Of a DNA stretch of 64,000 nt, positions 1 through 10,078 are shown one piece after another (the first letter of the stretch is position 1; each line of letters opens with the position of its first letter). This stretch comes from a virus. Position numbers and translations under genes: made by a program. The stretch lies in the IMG/VR virus record IMGVR_UViG_3300017774_006254, positions 64,001 to 128,000 of that record. One strand, given 5' to 3'. The notes beneath the pieces were generated by a model, which made no database searches, was not told the DNA's origin, and was given only the letters and a program-made list of their open reading frames with translations.

Positions 1-226
1 TTCTCAACTGCGGTGCAGCACTTCCCGAAGCTTTCGCCATGATCATCAAGCTCCGCGAACTCATCGTACTGCACAGTTCGCAACGCAGGCTCTATCTAGG
101 AATTTCGCTCCCAGCATGGCCCGAATTCACGTTCTGGCGTGACACACGCTCTCGCAAAACCAAGCGCGCCATCGAACGCGCAGATCGCAAAGCCCTGAAA
201 CGACAACGCCGCGAAAGCGGAGAAGG

Positions 227-1165
227 ATGATCCCAATGACCGACGCAACCGAGACTGAAACCCACGAAGAATCCACCTCGAAGAAGAAGCAGCTGATCGA
301 CGGCAAGCGCTCACCGCTGTTCCTGGTCGACCCTGAGACGCTGACGATCATCGGCGTGGACACCGACGACAAGCAGGGCGAGCACCCGCTGTGGGACGAG
401 CGCGCGTTCGAGCCGCTTGCAGAGACGATGGTTTTGAACATCATGGCTTTGGGCGTTCAAGAGCCGGTCATCGTCGTGGTCGAAGGCAAGGACAAGGACC
501 GCAGGTCCATCATCGTCGACGGCCGAAGGCGCTGTCTCCATGCTCGTGAGGCAAATCGTCGCCTCAAGGCACTGGGAGAAGAGACGATTCCCGTCCCGGT
601 CATCGCGAAGAAGGGCATGAGCGAAGAGGACCAGTCCATGGTCATGGTGAGCCTGAACGAGCAGCGCGCCGAAGACTCCATGATGATCAAGGCTGCGAAG
701 GCTGCCCGCATGCACTCGCGTGGTGTCTCCGCCGGAAAGCTCGCGATCGCGTTCGGCGTGAACGTCCAGAGCATCGAGCTGTGGATCAAGATCAACAGCT
801 TGAGCAACGCGACGAAGGAGATGATCGCCGAGAAGAAGATCAGCCCCACGGCCGCCGCCGCTTTCGCGGGGATGAGCGCCGCCGACCAGAAGACTTCCAT
901 CACGGAGTTGCTTGCCGAGTCCGCCGCGACCGGTGAGAAGCCCACCGTCGAGCGTGCAAAGCAGAAGGTGAAGGCCAAGCGCAACGAGAAGAACGGCACG
1001 ACCGTCGAGGTGACTGGCGTTGCTCCGAAGCTGCGCGTTCTCAAGAAGGTCATCGAGAACGGCGCGGGCGTGCTGAGCGATGACTTCATCCGTGGCTTGC
1101 GCGTCGCGATTGGGGACTTGAGCCCCAGTGCGATCAAGGGCCTTCAAGAGCTGATGCGGAAGTAG
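227..1165 (+). CDS. ParB/Srx N-terminal domain protein with HTH-like C-terminal region
   Basis: GVQEPVIV...IVDGRRR ParB arginine patch, LNEQR motif, downstream helical region KLAIAFGVNVQSIELW. Confidence 0.75.
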   Translation: MIPMTDATETETHEESTSKKKQLIDGKRSPLFLVDPETLTIIGVDTDDKQGEHPLWDERAFEPLAETMVLNIMALGVQEPVIVVVEGKDKDRRSIIVDGRRRCLHAREANRRLKALGEETIPVPVIAKKGMSEEDQSMVMVSLNEQRAEDSMMIKAAKAARMHSRGVSAGKLAIAFGVNVQSIELWIKINSLSNATKEMIAEKKISPTAAAAFAGMSAADQKTSITELLAESAATGEKPTVERAKQKVKAKRNEKNGTTVEVTGVAPKLRVLKKVIENGAGVLSDDFIRGLRVAIGDLSPSAIKGLQELMRK

Positions 1166-1167
1166 TC

Positions 1168-1398
1168 ATGAACACGAACGAACCCAAGCCCGAGTCCCCC
1201 GAGCTGGACGAACCCACACGACTGCGTCTGGTCGACCACGCGCGAGAGGAGTACGCCAATGACGACCTGGAGATCGACGACAACGCGAAGGTCTCACTGA
1301 ACGACGAGGGCGGCGCCTGGATCGCGGCTTGGGTCTACGTCCGACTCGAAGACTTGCCAGATAACAGCGCAGCGTCAGCAGCGGAGAGCGACACATGA
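1168..1398 (+). CDS. small acidic hypothetical phage protein
   Basis: ORF tightly packed between neighbours; GAWIAAWVYV C-terminal motif. Confidence 0.6.
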   Translation: MNTNEPKPESPELDEPTRLRLVDHAREEYANDDLEIDDNAKVSLNDEGGAWIAAWVYVRLEDLPDNSAASAAESDT

Positions 1399-1595
1399 CT
1401 ACTTCGAAACCGATCCTGAAGAAGATCGAAGAAGCCCAGAAGGGTGATCGGGTAGAAATCACCTATCGAGGCGAGAAGGTCACCGGCAAAGTCATGCTCG
1501 TGAAGAAGGACGGCACGGTCACGGTGGCCACAGAAAACCACTCTGACCCGGACGTGGGCTGGGTCGACGTTCGTCTGCCAAAGAATACGGGTTGA
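1395..1595 (+). CDS. small SH3/KOW-like hypothetical protein
   Basis: ATGA overlap with previous gene; KGDRVEITYRGEKVTGKV beta pattern. Confidence 0.55.
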   Translation: MTTSKPILKKIEEAQKGDRVEITYRGEKVTGKVMLVKKDGTVTVATENHSDPDVGWVDVRLPKNTG

Positions 1596-1619
1596 CAGTC
1601 ACGTCGTAATCGTTACTTT
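1592..1619 (+). promoter_or_regulatory. sigma70-like promoter
   Basis: TTGACA (1592-1597), 16 bp, TACTTT (1614-1619), upstream of AGGAG RBS and ATG 1663. Confidence 0.6.
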
Positions 1620-1662
1620 CTACACACACGAGAAGTCGCCTGATACGGCGCAGGAGAATCTG

Positions 1663-2787
1663 ATGAGCAACGAGTCCGCACCACGCGTCCCCAACCGCAA
1701 GCCCGATCACCCCGTCGACATGAAGGAAGATCCGATCGGAACTCTTCCCGATCAGAAAGATGTCTGGAACGACAAGTCATTCGCCTCCCTCGACGATGCG
1801 ATCGATTGCGTGCTCGCTGCCCATGAGAAGGATGGGCCACGCACGGACGTGAAGATCGAAGACGTGAACAAGTGGATTGCGAGCGCGTACTGCGGAAGCT
1901 CTTGCTTCTACCGCCCAGGCGAGGATTTCCTCTTGCTGCGAGGTACCGCGTTCGCTCACTTGTGCGAGCGTGCCAAGGCGCCGCCGAGGTACTTGCAGAG
2001 TATCCCGATGATTCACTCGCTTCCCGCTCTCAACTGGGGCATTCGCAAGCAGACAGAAGGCACGGCTCTCCTCCGGCTCGTCAATGGCGATGAGGTGCGA
2101 GCCATCCTCTCTCATCGCTACGCGATGCTGGATGACGCAGTGGCGCTCCCGCAGCTTCGCGACTGCCTGAAGATGATCGACCTTCTCCCGAAGGTGTCTA
2201 CGCGCGTTGTGGCGACTGGCCTCACGACGCTCGTGCGCCTCTCACTCCCGGAAGATGAAGCGCAGGAGGTGAACGGAGAGATCGTCGACGTCTCGTTCGA
2301 TCTGACCAATGGCGAAGTGGGCAATCGCGCCGTCGCGCTTTCACCGTCGATCTACCTTCGCAGTCGAAATACATCCGCTCGCCGTAAGGGTCTCCGCCTT
2401 CGGCACCTCGGATCCCCCGACCGCATGGAGCTGGAATTCCAGGAAGCGATGCCCGCTATCCTGGAAGAGGCAGAGCTGATGCGAAGTCAGCTCGTTGATA
2501 GCGTCGACAAGATCATCAAGAACATGGCTGCCGAAGCGGAGAGCTTGCGGACGCTTGGTCTCTCGATCGCTGAGGCTCGGGATGTCGTGCGCACGATCGC
2601 CCGCGACTCCAACGTCACTCTCCCGAACGACACGAGCGAGTGGGAGGCCCCGCTGAAGGCGATGACAGGCGTCAACGCTTACGACGTCTTCACCGCCATC
2701 ACACAGCTCGGCGACGAGCGTCCGAACGAGCGCCGGTTGGATCTGGAGGAGTCGGCTGGACGCTACCTGAATCGGGTGTCGCGATGA
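1663..2787 (+). CDS. DUF932-like protein
   Basis: RAILSHRYAMLDD and LTNGEVGNRAVALSPSIY resemble the DUF932 family of phages/mobile elements. Confidence 0.55.
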   Translation: MSNESAPRVPNRKPDHPVDMKEDPIGTLPDQKDVWNDKSFASLDDAIDCVLAAHEKDGPRTDVKIEDVNKWIASAYCGSSCFYRPGEDFLLLRGTAFAHLCERAKAPPRYLQSIPMIHSLPALNWGIRKQTEGTALLRLVNGDEVRAILSHRYAMLDDAVALPQLRDCLKMIDLLPKVSTRVVATGLTTLVRLSLPEDEAQEVNGEIVDVSFDLTNGEVGNRAVALSPSIYLRSRNTSARRKGLRLRHLGSPDRMELEFQEAMPAILEEAELMRSQLVDSVDKIIKNMAAEAESLRTLGLSIAEARDVVRTIARDSNVTLPNDTSEWEAPLKAMTGVNAYDVFTAITQLGDERPNERRLDLEESAGRYLNRVSR

Positions 2788-3293
2788 CCCTCGGCGCAGC
2801 GATCAACTCGATGGTCATCACAGGCATCACGGGCACGGCGAAGGCTGTCACACCGGCCTGGAAGCTCGCGAGGATCAGCGAACGCGGCGAATGGAACCCG
2901 ACCGTCACTGACGGGAAGTTCTTTCTCGATCACACGGAACTCGTCTTCGGCCTGTACGCATTCGACAGCAATTCCCACACGTACTGCGCGGAGATCACCC
3001 CTTCGTACGAACTGCACAGAGTCGGCTCCGACTACACGCTTTCAGAAGCTGGACACGCTCTCTCTGACGAAGACCGAGAGAGGCTCTACACCATCCAGGA
3101 CGAAGCGAACGTCGACGCTGATTGCGTCATCTACATCCATGTTGGAGTCGTAGAGCGCTTGATTGGCGCTCATCCGGAGAACTTCAAAGACGTCGAAGTG
3201 GACCAGGACGCGCTCGGCGCTGATGACCCAACTCTTGCCGCCGTAGACGAGATCCGAGAGCGCGTCTGCACTGGCTCACTCAGCTTCTACTGA
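2784..3293 (+). CDS. hypothetical protein
   Basis: ATGA overlap with previous stop; 169-aa ORF. Confidence 0.55.
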   Translation: MTLGAAINSMVITGITGTAKAVTPAWKLARISERGEWNPTVTDGKFFLDHTELVFGLYAFDSNSHTYCAEITPSYELHRVGSDYTLSEAGHALSDEDRERLYTIQDEANVDADCVIYIHVGVVERLIGAHPENFKDVEVDQDALGADDPTLAAVDEIRERVCTGSLSFY

Positions 3294-3362
3294 TCCTTCA
3301 CGTTTCTGTTCCGCAACCATCAACGAAGGCGCCCCTTACGGCGCCAAGAAAGAGTCCCCTAC

Positions 3363-4502
3363 ATGTCGAACGATCACATCATCGCCGCGCAGATCTGCGT
3401 ACAGGCCCGTTTCGCTCTCTTCCTCTGGGGCGCCCCAGGCATCGGCAAGACGGCCGTACTCGAAGAGCTAGCCCCGATGCTCGACGAGAAGATCTGGACC
3501 GTCCTCCTCTCGATCCGCGAGCCCAGCGATCAGGGCGGCCTGCCGATCATCCGCCCGAACGGCGTCACCATGCACCCGCCCCTGTGGGCTCATGAGTTGA
3601 ACCAAGAGCAGAAGGGGATCGTTTTTTGGGATGAGTTCAACACAGCCCCCGCAACAACCCAGTCGTCAGCCTTGCGCATCATTCACGGCGGCTATGCCGG
3701 TGACATGAAGCTCCCTCGTGAGACAAGCCACGTCGCGGCCGGAAACCCACCCGAGGAATTTCCGGGAGGTTTCAACCTGACAGCTGCCATCGCGAACCGA
3801 TGGGTACACATCCGGTGGCCTCTTCAGCCCGCCATCTGGTGCAGTGGGATGGTCTCTGGCTGGGAGTCGCCCCCCGTCGTGCAGGTGCCCGCAGATTGGC
3901 GACGCAAGGTTCCCGTCAATCGCGGTCTCATTGCCGCCTTCATCTCTCAGCACCCCGAGCTTCTTTTGTCCTACCCAACGTCGCGAGTTGAGCAGGGCAG
4001 GGCATGGCCTAGCCCGCGCACCTGGGAGCGAGTCGCCTTCCTGATCGCGGCCTGCGATGCAGCTGGCTACCACGTGAAGTCCGAAGTCACGCGCCTGCTC
4101 GTTCTCGGATGCGTTGGAGAGGGTGCAACGATCACGTTCTACACCTGGCTCAACGAGCAGGACTTGCGTGACCCCGAGGAGTACCTCGCCGAGCCGTACA
4201 AGACGCCACTGCCTGACCGTCAGGACAAGGTGATGTCGACGCTGATGTCCGTCTGCGCCGCAGCACTCAGCAAGTCCCACGCAGACGCTGAACGCGCAGG
4301 AAGGTGGGTGACCGCATGGAAGGTCATCGGGCGCGTGATGGACTCCGCTCCTGACTTGGCAATCCCCGCAGCACGCATCCTCGCTACGGTGATCACGACA
4401 GATCCCGCGCTCAAGAGCGTCAAAACCAACTTGCCTCCAGAGCTGTCCAAGATCCTCCCGTTCCTGGAGGAAGCCAAGATCGATCACAAGAAGTCGCGAT
4501 GA
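3363..4502 (+). CDS. MoxR-type AAA+ ATPase
   Basis: Walker A GAPGIGKT, Walker B VFWDEFN, AAGNPP sensor, ANRW arginine finger; paired with VWA gene. Confidence 0.85.
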   Translation: MSNDHIIAAQICVQARFALFLWGAPGIGKTAVLEELAPMLDEKIWTVLLSIREPSDQGGLPIIRPNGVTMHPPLWAHELNQEQKGIVFWDEFNTAPATTQSSALRIIHGGYAGDMKLPRETSHVAAGNPPEEFPGGFNLTAAIANRWVHIRWPLQPAIWCSGMVSGWESPPVVQVPADWRRKVPVNRGLIAAFISQHPELLLSYPTSRVEQGRAWPSPRTWERVAFLIAACDAAGYHVKSEVTRLLVLGCVGEGATITFYTWLNEQDLRDPEEYLAEPYKTPLPDRQDKVMSTLMSVCAAALSKSHADAERAGRWVTAWKVIGRVMDSAPDLAIPAARILATVITTDPALKSVKTNLPPELSKILPFLEEAKIDHKKSR

Positions 4503-5911
4503 AGAAGAACAAAAACGTCAAAGCGGAGGAACGAGTTCGGGTAGCTCGCGCTAGAGCCTCATTTCTTCGCGGCTACTTCGCGAGCGCGCTCTACGCGCTG
4601 ATTCCAATCGAGTCGGAACTGGTCCCGACGATGGCCGTAGACGTCTACGGGCGACTCTATTACAGCCCCACGTTCGTCCTCAGCGTGACAGTCGACGAGC
4701 TGACAAGCGTGTGTCTTCATGAGGTGGGGCACAAGCTTCGTCGCCATCATGAGCGGGCAGACGCCATCGGGGTAACCGAGGCAACGCACACGATTGCGAA
4801 CTGGTGCCAAGACGCGGAGCTGAACGATGACCACGCTGACGAGGTCAAGAAGTTCAAGGACGTGGCAGCTTTGCCCGGTAGCCCGTTCTACCCTTCAACC
4901 TTCGGGTTCGAAGATGGAAAGATGTGGGAGACCTACTACTTCGAACTGCTCAAACAGGCGCTTCCGTTCAACCCGTCACCTTCGACTGACCCGTCGGCCA
5001 AAGGATCTGGTGAAGGTGACGGCGACGGGTCTGGCGACGGAGACTCCGACAGCGAAAAAGGCTCCGGATCTTCGAAGAGCAAGGGCGAAGACAAGGACGG
5101 CAAGGGCTCCTCTCCCGCCAAGTCCGGAAAGGGCGGCTTCGACGCAAGCGGAAAGCACAACTGCGGCTCCGCAGCTCATGGCGTGAAACAGCCGTGGGAA
5201 CTCGGGGCACCTAACGCCGATGGTTCCAACGAAGGTCTGGAAGATGGCGACTGGCGCAACATCGAGCGCATCGTTGCTTCTGAGATCAAAGCGGAAGCTG
5301 CCAAGGGAAGAGGCACCGTTCCCGGCTCGTGGGTTGACTGGGCGAACGAGCTTCTCAGGCCGGTCCATGTCCCATGGGATCAGGAACTGAGCGTACTAAT
5401 GAAGCACTCTGTGAATACCGTTTCTGGCAGGGTCTTTCACTCCTACGCTCGACCGTCTCGACGACAGAACCCCGAAATCGTCTTCCCTTCGATGCGGAGT
5501 CCAGTCCCGTGCATCGCGTTCATCGGGGACACGTCTGGGAGCATGAGCGGCAGAGCTTTGGGCCTTGTCCGTGGCGTAGTGCAAGACATCTGCTCGGATG
5601 TCCAAGCAGACCTTCGCTTCATCGCGACTGACATGGTGGCTCATGATGCGCAGCGAGTCACCGACGGCCACTCTCTGGAGATGAAAGGACGTGGCGGCAC
5701 AGACATGCGCGTTGGCTTTGCCGCTGCTGAAGAGATTTCGCCTTCGGTAGACATCATCGTGATCGCCACTGATTGCGATACGCCGTGGCCTGAAGTCGAG
5801 CCGATGGTGCCAGTCATCGTGTGCGCCATCGACGCTTCGGAATATGCCATCGCAGCCATCCCTAAGTGGGCAACTGTGATCATTATCGAGGAGGACGCGT
5901 GTCAGTCGTAA
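4499..5911 (+). CDS. metallopeptidase-VWA protein (DUF2201-like)
   Basis: HEVGH zincin motif, Gly/Asp/Ser-rich linker, MIDAS DTSGSM, GRGGTDM. Confidence 0.85.
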   Translation: MKKNKNVKAEERVRVARARASFLRGYFASALYALIPIESELVPTMAVDVYGRLYYSPTFVLSVTVDELTSVCLHEVGHKLRRHHERADAIGVTEATHTIANWCQDAELNDDHADEVKKFKDVAALPGSPFYPSTFGFEDGKMWETYYFELLKQALPFNPSPSTDPSAKGSGEGDGDGSGDGDSDSEKGSGSSKSKGEDKDGKGSSPAKSGKGGFDASGKHNCGSAAHGVKQPWELGAPNADGSNEGLEDGDWRNIERIVASEIKAEAAKGRGTVPGSWVDWANELLRPVHVPWDQELSVLMKHSVNTVSGRVFHSYARPSRRQNPEIVFPSMRSPVPCIAFIGDTSGSMSGRALGLVRGVVQDICSDVQADLRFIATDMVAHDAQRVTDGHSLEMKGRGGTDMRVGFAAAEEISPSVDIIVIATDCDTPWPEVEPMVPVIVCAIDASEYAIAAIPKWATVIIIEEDACQS

Positions 5912-6375
5912 GGGCCAAGAAGACCGCCACGCAAGCCGTGGTCGATGAAACCTCTGCGTCCGCCTGGAAGGCGCTCCTGGAGGCCGCGCAAGCGGTTGAC
6001 GCGATGGTCTGGCGCGCAGAAGGCCAGGGGTCCGGCTGCGAAGTCCAGGCAGCCACCATGCGCCAGCACCTCACCAAGGTTACACGCCTCACCCCGGCAT
6101 CGACGGTAGAGAGCGCCCGCTCCGCCGTACCACCCAAGTGGTCCTTCATGGACTACAAAAAGGCCGCGACGGTCTGCGTCGAGCTGCGACTCATCGTGCT
6201 CGAAATGTCGTCGAAGCTTGTTGGTATTTGCCCCGAGATGGACAAGGTTCGGGGAGACGCTCTGCTGAGCGTCGTCGCGAGCACTGAGGCCCTGGGGCCG
6301 TACACAGAGCTGTGCAAGAGAGAGCGTTCTTTCGAACGTCTCGTTGGAGACGAAAGCGATCGCCGAAGATCCTGA
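5899..6375 (+). CDS. hypothetical protein
   Basis: GTG start after GAGGAG; operon packing. Confidence 0.55.
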   Translation: MSVVRAKKTATQAVVDETSASAWKALLEAAQAVDAMVWRAEGQGSGCEVQAATMRQHLTKVTRLTPASTVESARSAVPPKWSFMDYKKAATVCVELRLIVLEMSSKLVGICPEMDKVRGDALLSVVASTEALGPYTELCKRERSFERLVGDESDRRRS

Positions 6376-6410
6376 ATGTGAATGAACCGTCGACAATCGA
6401 CGGAGAAAGC

Positions 6411-7088
6411 GTGACAAACGTGAAGAAGAACAAAGAGCCGGTACAAGTTGGTCGTTCGTTGGTTACATGCGCCGGAAGCACTGACGGGAAAAAGCACTAC
6501 GTCTGCTACTACGCCGATGGGACCGTGACGTGTGGATGCGGAGAGAGCGCCATCGAGAGCGCTGCCCGCGCCGGAGCACTCGTGCGCCTTGGAGGATCGG
6601 AACCAACAGAGCGAACCTGCGCGTCACTCGCCTGTTTCCTGATGTCCACCCTCCCCGGACTGATCGGTAGCGATGACTGGCAAAATTCAGAAGGGTGGAA
6701 GAGCTACAGCTCTCTCGCGGTGACGCAGGACGTCTACGGCTTCATCCAGAGCCAAGACCCACGAGCGAAAGCTCGCTCTGTCGCAACGAAGGAGATCTTG
6801 AAGTGCAAGAGCTACCGCGATGGGATGACGCGAGACGACTTCGCCGAAGAGCTGCACTTCAGCAACGCCGACCCGTCTGAAGGAACTCAAGTCGCCGCGT
6901 TCTCCTCAGACACATGGTCCATCCCACTGGCCACCGACTGGCTGGAGAGCGTCGCCAAGAAGGGCATGGCTCTGTTCAAGGGCATGTTCGTCGTCGCCAT
7001 GGAGAACGAGTCGCTACTGGCGATCGCTGGCTCCAACGACGAGGGTTTTGTCATTAAGCGGTTTTCGCGCCTGGAAGGTGCGCAGTGA
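6411..7088 (+). CDS. hypothetical protein (SWIM-like Cys motif)
   Basis: GTG after GGAG; HYVCYYADGTVTCGC; exact start uncertain. Confidence 0.5.
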   Translation: MTNVKKNKEPVQVGRSLVTCAGSTDGKKHYVCYYADGTVTCGCGESAIESAARAGALVRLGGSEPTERTCASLACFLMSTLPGLIGSDDWQNSEGWKSYSSLAVTQDVYGFIQSQDPRAKARSVATKEILKCKSYRDGMTRDDFAEELHFSNADPSEGTQVAAFSSDTWSIPLATDWLESVAKKGMALFKGMFVVAMENESLLAIAGSNDEGFVIKRFSRLEGAQ

Positions 7089-7618
7089 CCTCCGCTTTGT
7101 ATCGCGCGTTTTTGATCGGCTCGCTTCGTTTGAACGAGCGGGGCCAGATTGCACTAACGCAGGTGCACGTCAGTCACAGGCCTACTCATATGAACTACGC
7201 GAGAGCTAGTGTTCTTCGTGTCAAGAAAGAAGACGTGACAGAGTTCGATCTACTGGAGAGTCCGGAGTTCAACGACTTTGAGGAGGCCAAGCTCTGGATC
7301 GAAGGGGCGTACAAGGGCCGCTTCCCGAAGCTTGCGAGCGCTCTCTCGATTACCGAGAGCAGTGACGTGGCGAGCCAGGCGAAAGCGCAAGCCCCGAGCA
7401 AGCCGAAATGCCGCGAGTGCGGTGGTACCGACCTTGAATGGCAGTGCATGCAGTCGAATCGTGGCGGAGCGGTGAATGGACGCCTGCGACTGAACGAAGT
7501 GAGCACGGTGTTCGTGCTGTCGTGCACTGAGTGCTCAGAAGACGTGCGCAGGGTGAGCGGAGATGACGTGGCGGCGTGGATGACGACTGCGAAGTTGTCG
7601 CCTGAGGTGGCGACGTGA
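7085..7618 (+). CDS. hypothetical protein with C-terminal Zn ribbon
   Basis: GTGA overlap; CRECGG...CTECS. Confidence 0.6.
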   Translation: MTSALYRAFLIGSLRLNERGQIALTQVHVSHRPTHMNYARASVLRVKKEDVTEFDLLESPEFNDFEEAKLWIEGAYKGRFPKLASALSITESSDVASQAKAQAPSKPKCRECGGTDLEWQCMQSNRGGAVNGRLRLNEVSTVFVLSCTECSEDVRRVSGDDVAAWMTTAKLSPEVAT

Positions 7619-7944
7619 GCCTGATGTCCGTGGATATGACCAACGCGAAAGAGCGCGACGCCCGCCTTCCAGACGGCCGCCTGAGCCACGACGGACATCC
7701 GTTCCGCGCCCCCATTGTCTTCAAGGCGTCATGGAGAAACGCCCAAGGGCACGCGATGACCGGTCGGTTGCGCACCAACCGAGTCCAAAAGCGCTGGTGG
7801 TACGAAGACGGCTACGACGAAAGCCCAAGCTTCTGCGCCAACAGGGCTTCAACTAGTTCGCCACGCATCGCTCAGGGATGGGCAGATGCAATGGCTGTGA
7901 TGAGTCAAACAACAGCACCCCAGATCACCAAAGGTAAGTCATGA
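7615..7944 (+). CDS. hypothetical protein
   Basis: 4-bp overlaps at both ends. Confidence 0.5.
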   Translation: MSLMSVDMTNAKERDARLPDGRLSHDGHPFRAPIVFKASWRNAQGHAMTGRLRTNRVQKRWWYEDGYDESPSFCANRASTSSPRIAQGWADAMAVMSQTTAPQITKGKS

Positions 7945-8348
7945 AGGTCAAAATCACCGAGTATCGCGGGTTCCTGGCGATCGAAGCTTTGGAACCTGAG
8001 ACGCCGCATCCCGACTGGGCGCCCATTGGTCCCGGCCGCTTTGGTTGCGTGGTCAACAACACGAAGACGAATCTCGGCATCAGCAAAGAAGCGATGCTCG
8101 TGCTCTCCAAGTTGCCCAAGAGCAGAGATTCGATCGGGAACATCATGTGGTTCACCACGAAGTCGCCCTCGGGGGAAGCGGAGGGCGCGGCCTTCGGTTG
8201 GATGGGCGGCGCGCTGTGCATCATCGGGCCTGACGCAGACACAGACCGCTCCACACGGATGCACCAAGGCCAGCACATCGACATCCCCAACGACACCTCC
8301 GCAATCCTGCGTGATGCCATCGATCTGGATCTGGAGAAGAAGCCATGA
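7941..8348 (+). CDS. hypothetical protein
   Basis: ATGA overlaps at both ends. Confidence 0.6.
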   Translation: MKVKITEYRGFLAIEALEPETPHPDWAPIGPGRFGCVVNNTKTNLGISKEAMLVLSKLPKSRDSIGNIMWFTTKSPSGEAEGAAFGWMGGALCIIGPDADTDRSTRMHQGQHIDIPNDTSAILRDAIDLDLEKKP

Positions 8349-8815
8349 GCAAGATGATTACACTCCTCGACGGGTTCTCCCCGTCTGACATCCAGAAGAC
8401 CTGCATACTTCTGGCGTGGAGGGCTCGCGCAGAGCTTTCAATCGCCGAACAGAACCCCGACATGATCTTGCCGATCAGAGGGGGTCACGTGTCCAACGCG
8501 ATCTCAGCGCTGAGCGCCGCGATCGACCTCATCGGCCCGCAGAAAAAGATGGACCGTGCGCGCATGCTGCTGGACGTCGCCAAGTACGCCAGCGAAGCCA
8601 GCGAAGCTCACCTCAACGTCGCGGGCAACGCCGCGTTCCTCGTTCCCTCGATGCCCGAAATGGCGAAGAGGGCCGAGCACGCCCTTCTCATCTTCACGAA
8701 GTCGACCGAAGCCGCTCGCAAGGACGCGCATCGCGCGCTGGCCGAGCTGTGCGAGCTGTTCCCCGAGTCGGTCCCTGTCGAAGCACACCCGGAAATCGTC
8801 CAGGAGAACGTCTGA
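8345..8815 (+). CDS. hypothetical helical protein
   Basis: ATGA overlap upstream, TGATG coupling to thyX. Confidence 0.6.
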   Translation: MSKMITLLDGFSPSDIQKTCILLAWRARAELSIAEQNPDMILPIRGGHVSNAISALSAAIDLIGPQKKMDRARMLLDVAKYASEASEAHLNVAGNAAFLVPSMPEMAKRAEHALLIFTKSTEAARKDAHRALAELCELFPESVPVEAHPEIVQENV

Positions 8816-9705
8816 TGTACGCCGCGAAAGTTCTAGCCGACTCAATGGCCCCCAACGGTGTCCGCCTCGTGACCATGGAAGTCACGTTCCCCCGCTTCAT
8901 CCTGGCGGAATTCAATACGCATCGAATGTTCTCGCGGAACAGCGCGTCGAGCCGCGCTATCCCACTTGAGCGCCGCATCGCTCAAGTGCGTGCCAACCCG
9001 TTCGTTCCAGAAGCCTTCGGCGCCAACAAGAGCGGGATGCAGGCTGGCGCCGACCTCGGCGGCTGGAAGGCAGTCGTCGCACGCTGGCTCTGGCTTCTGG
9101 CCGCGAAGTTCTGCGTCTTGATCGCTTGGGGCATGAGCCACCTGGGCATTCACAAGCAGCACGCCAACCGCGTCATCGAGCTGTGGGCTTGGCATACCGT
9201 TGTCGTGTCGGCGACGGAGTGGGAGAACTTCTTCCGGCTTCGCACTCACAAGGACGCGCAGCCCGAGATGCAGATCGTGGCGAAGATGATGCGCGACGCG
9301 CACACGAGCAGCGTCTCCCTGCTACTCAAGGAAGGCGACTGGCACCTGCCCTACGTCACGAGCGACGAGAGGTCTTCCCTGTCGGAGAGCCAGGAGGTCG
9401 CGCTCAGCGTGGTGAAGTGCGCAGCTGTTTCTTTCGAACGGCAGAACACAGAGCGAACTCGCGAAGCTGTCACAGCGCGCCACGACGCGATGATCAAGTC
9501 GGCTCACTGGTCGCCGTTCGAACACGTTGCGCAAGTGGGCTCCGAAAGAGACGTGGACAAACTTGGCCTCTTCAAGATGGGCGAGGACGATTTTATCCCC
9601 GAGTTCATCGGCAACTTCCGGGCGCCGTGGGTCCAGTATCGAAAGAGGTTTCCAAACGAAGAGGTCTGGGAGCATCTGGAGTACGTGCCGGGGGCAAGTG
9701 TCTGA
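8815..9705 (+). CDS. thyX: flavin-dependent thymidylate synthase
   Basis: EFNTHRMFSRNSASSRAIP, FFRLRTHKDAQPEMQ, HWSPFEH motifs of phage ThyX. Confidence 0.9.
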   Translation: MYAAKVLADSMAPNGVRLVTMEVTFPRFILAEFNTHRMFSRNSASSRAIPLERRIAQVRANPFVPEAFGANKSGMQAGADLGGWKAVVARWLWLLAAKFCVLIAWGMSHLGIHKQHANRVIELWAWHTVVVSATEWENFFRLRTHKDAQPEMQIVAKMMRDAHTSSVSLLLKEGDWHLPYVTSDERSSLSESQEVALSVVKCAAVSFERQNTERTREAVTARHDAMIKSAHWSPFEHVAQVGSERDVDKLGLFKMGEDDFIPEFIGNFRAPWVQYRKRFPNEEVWEHLEYVPGASV

Positions 9706-10078
9706 CGTCGAAAGCGAACCGAAGCCGTGCGCCAAGTGTCCTTATCGCAAAGACGCCCCTCTCGAACTCTGGAGCCCAGAAGAGTTCCAGAACGTGCTCG
9801 AACAGGACAAAGCGATGGTTGGGCATGTGTTCGGCTGTCACAAGTACATCAAGAGGAAGCTCGCTGGCGAAGCGACTCCTCTCTGCGCAGGGTGGGTCCT
9901 CGACCAACTCAAGCGCGACCTTCCGTCGATTGCTCTGAGACTTTTGATCGCAAAGAGCGACAACCCTCAGCAGTCGTTTGCCCAGTTGCAGTCGGTTTCA
10001 TCGGACGGCCTTGACATGTACGAAACGATCGAAGACATGTGCGCCGCAAACGGAGTTGAAGATGACCAAGATCCCTGA
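9698..10078 (+). CDS. DUF6283-like Cys-rich protein
   Basis: PCAKCPYRKD...FGCH...CAGW motif set. Confidence 0.6.
   Translation: MSDVESEPKPCAKCPYRKDAPLELWSPEEFQNVLEQDKAMVGHVFGCHKYIKRKLAGEATPLCAGWVLDQLKRDLPSIALRLLIAKSDNPQQSFAQLQSVSSDGLDMYETIEDMCAANGVEDDQDP

Noticed and set aside
227-1165. TGTCNGACA as parS for this ParB
   Set aside because: Boxes sit in promoter spacers and at start codons across the window, which fits an operator better than a clustered centromere; not fully excluded
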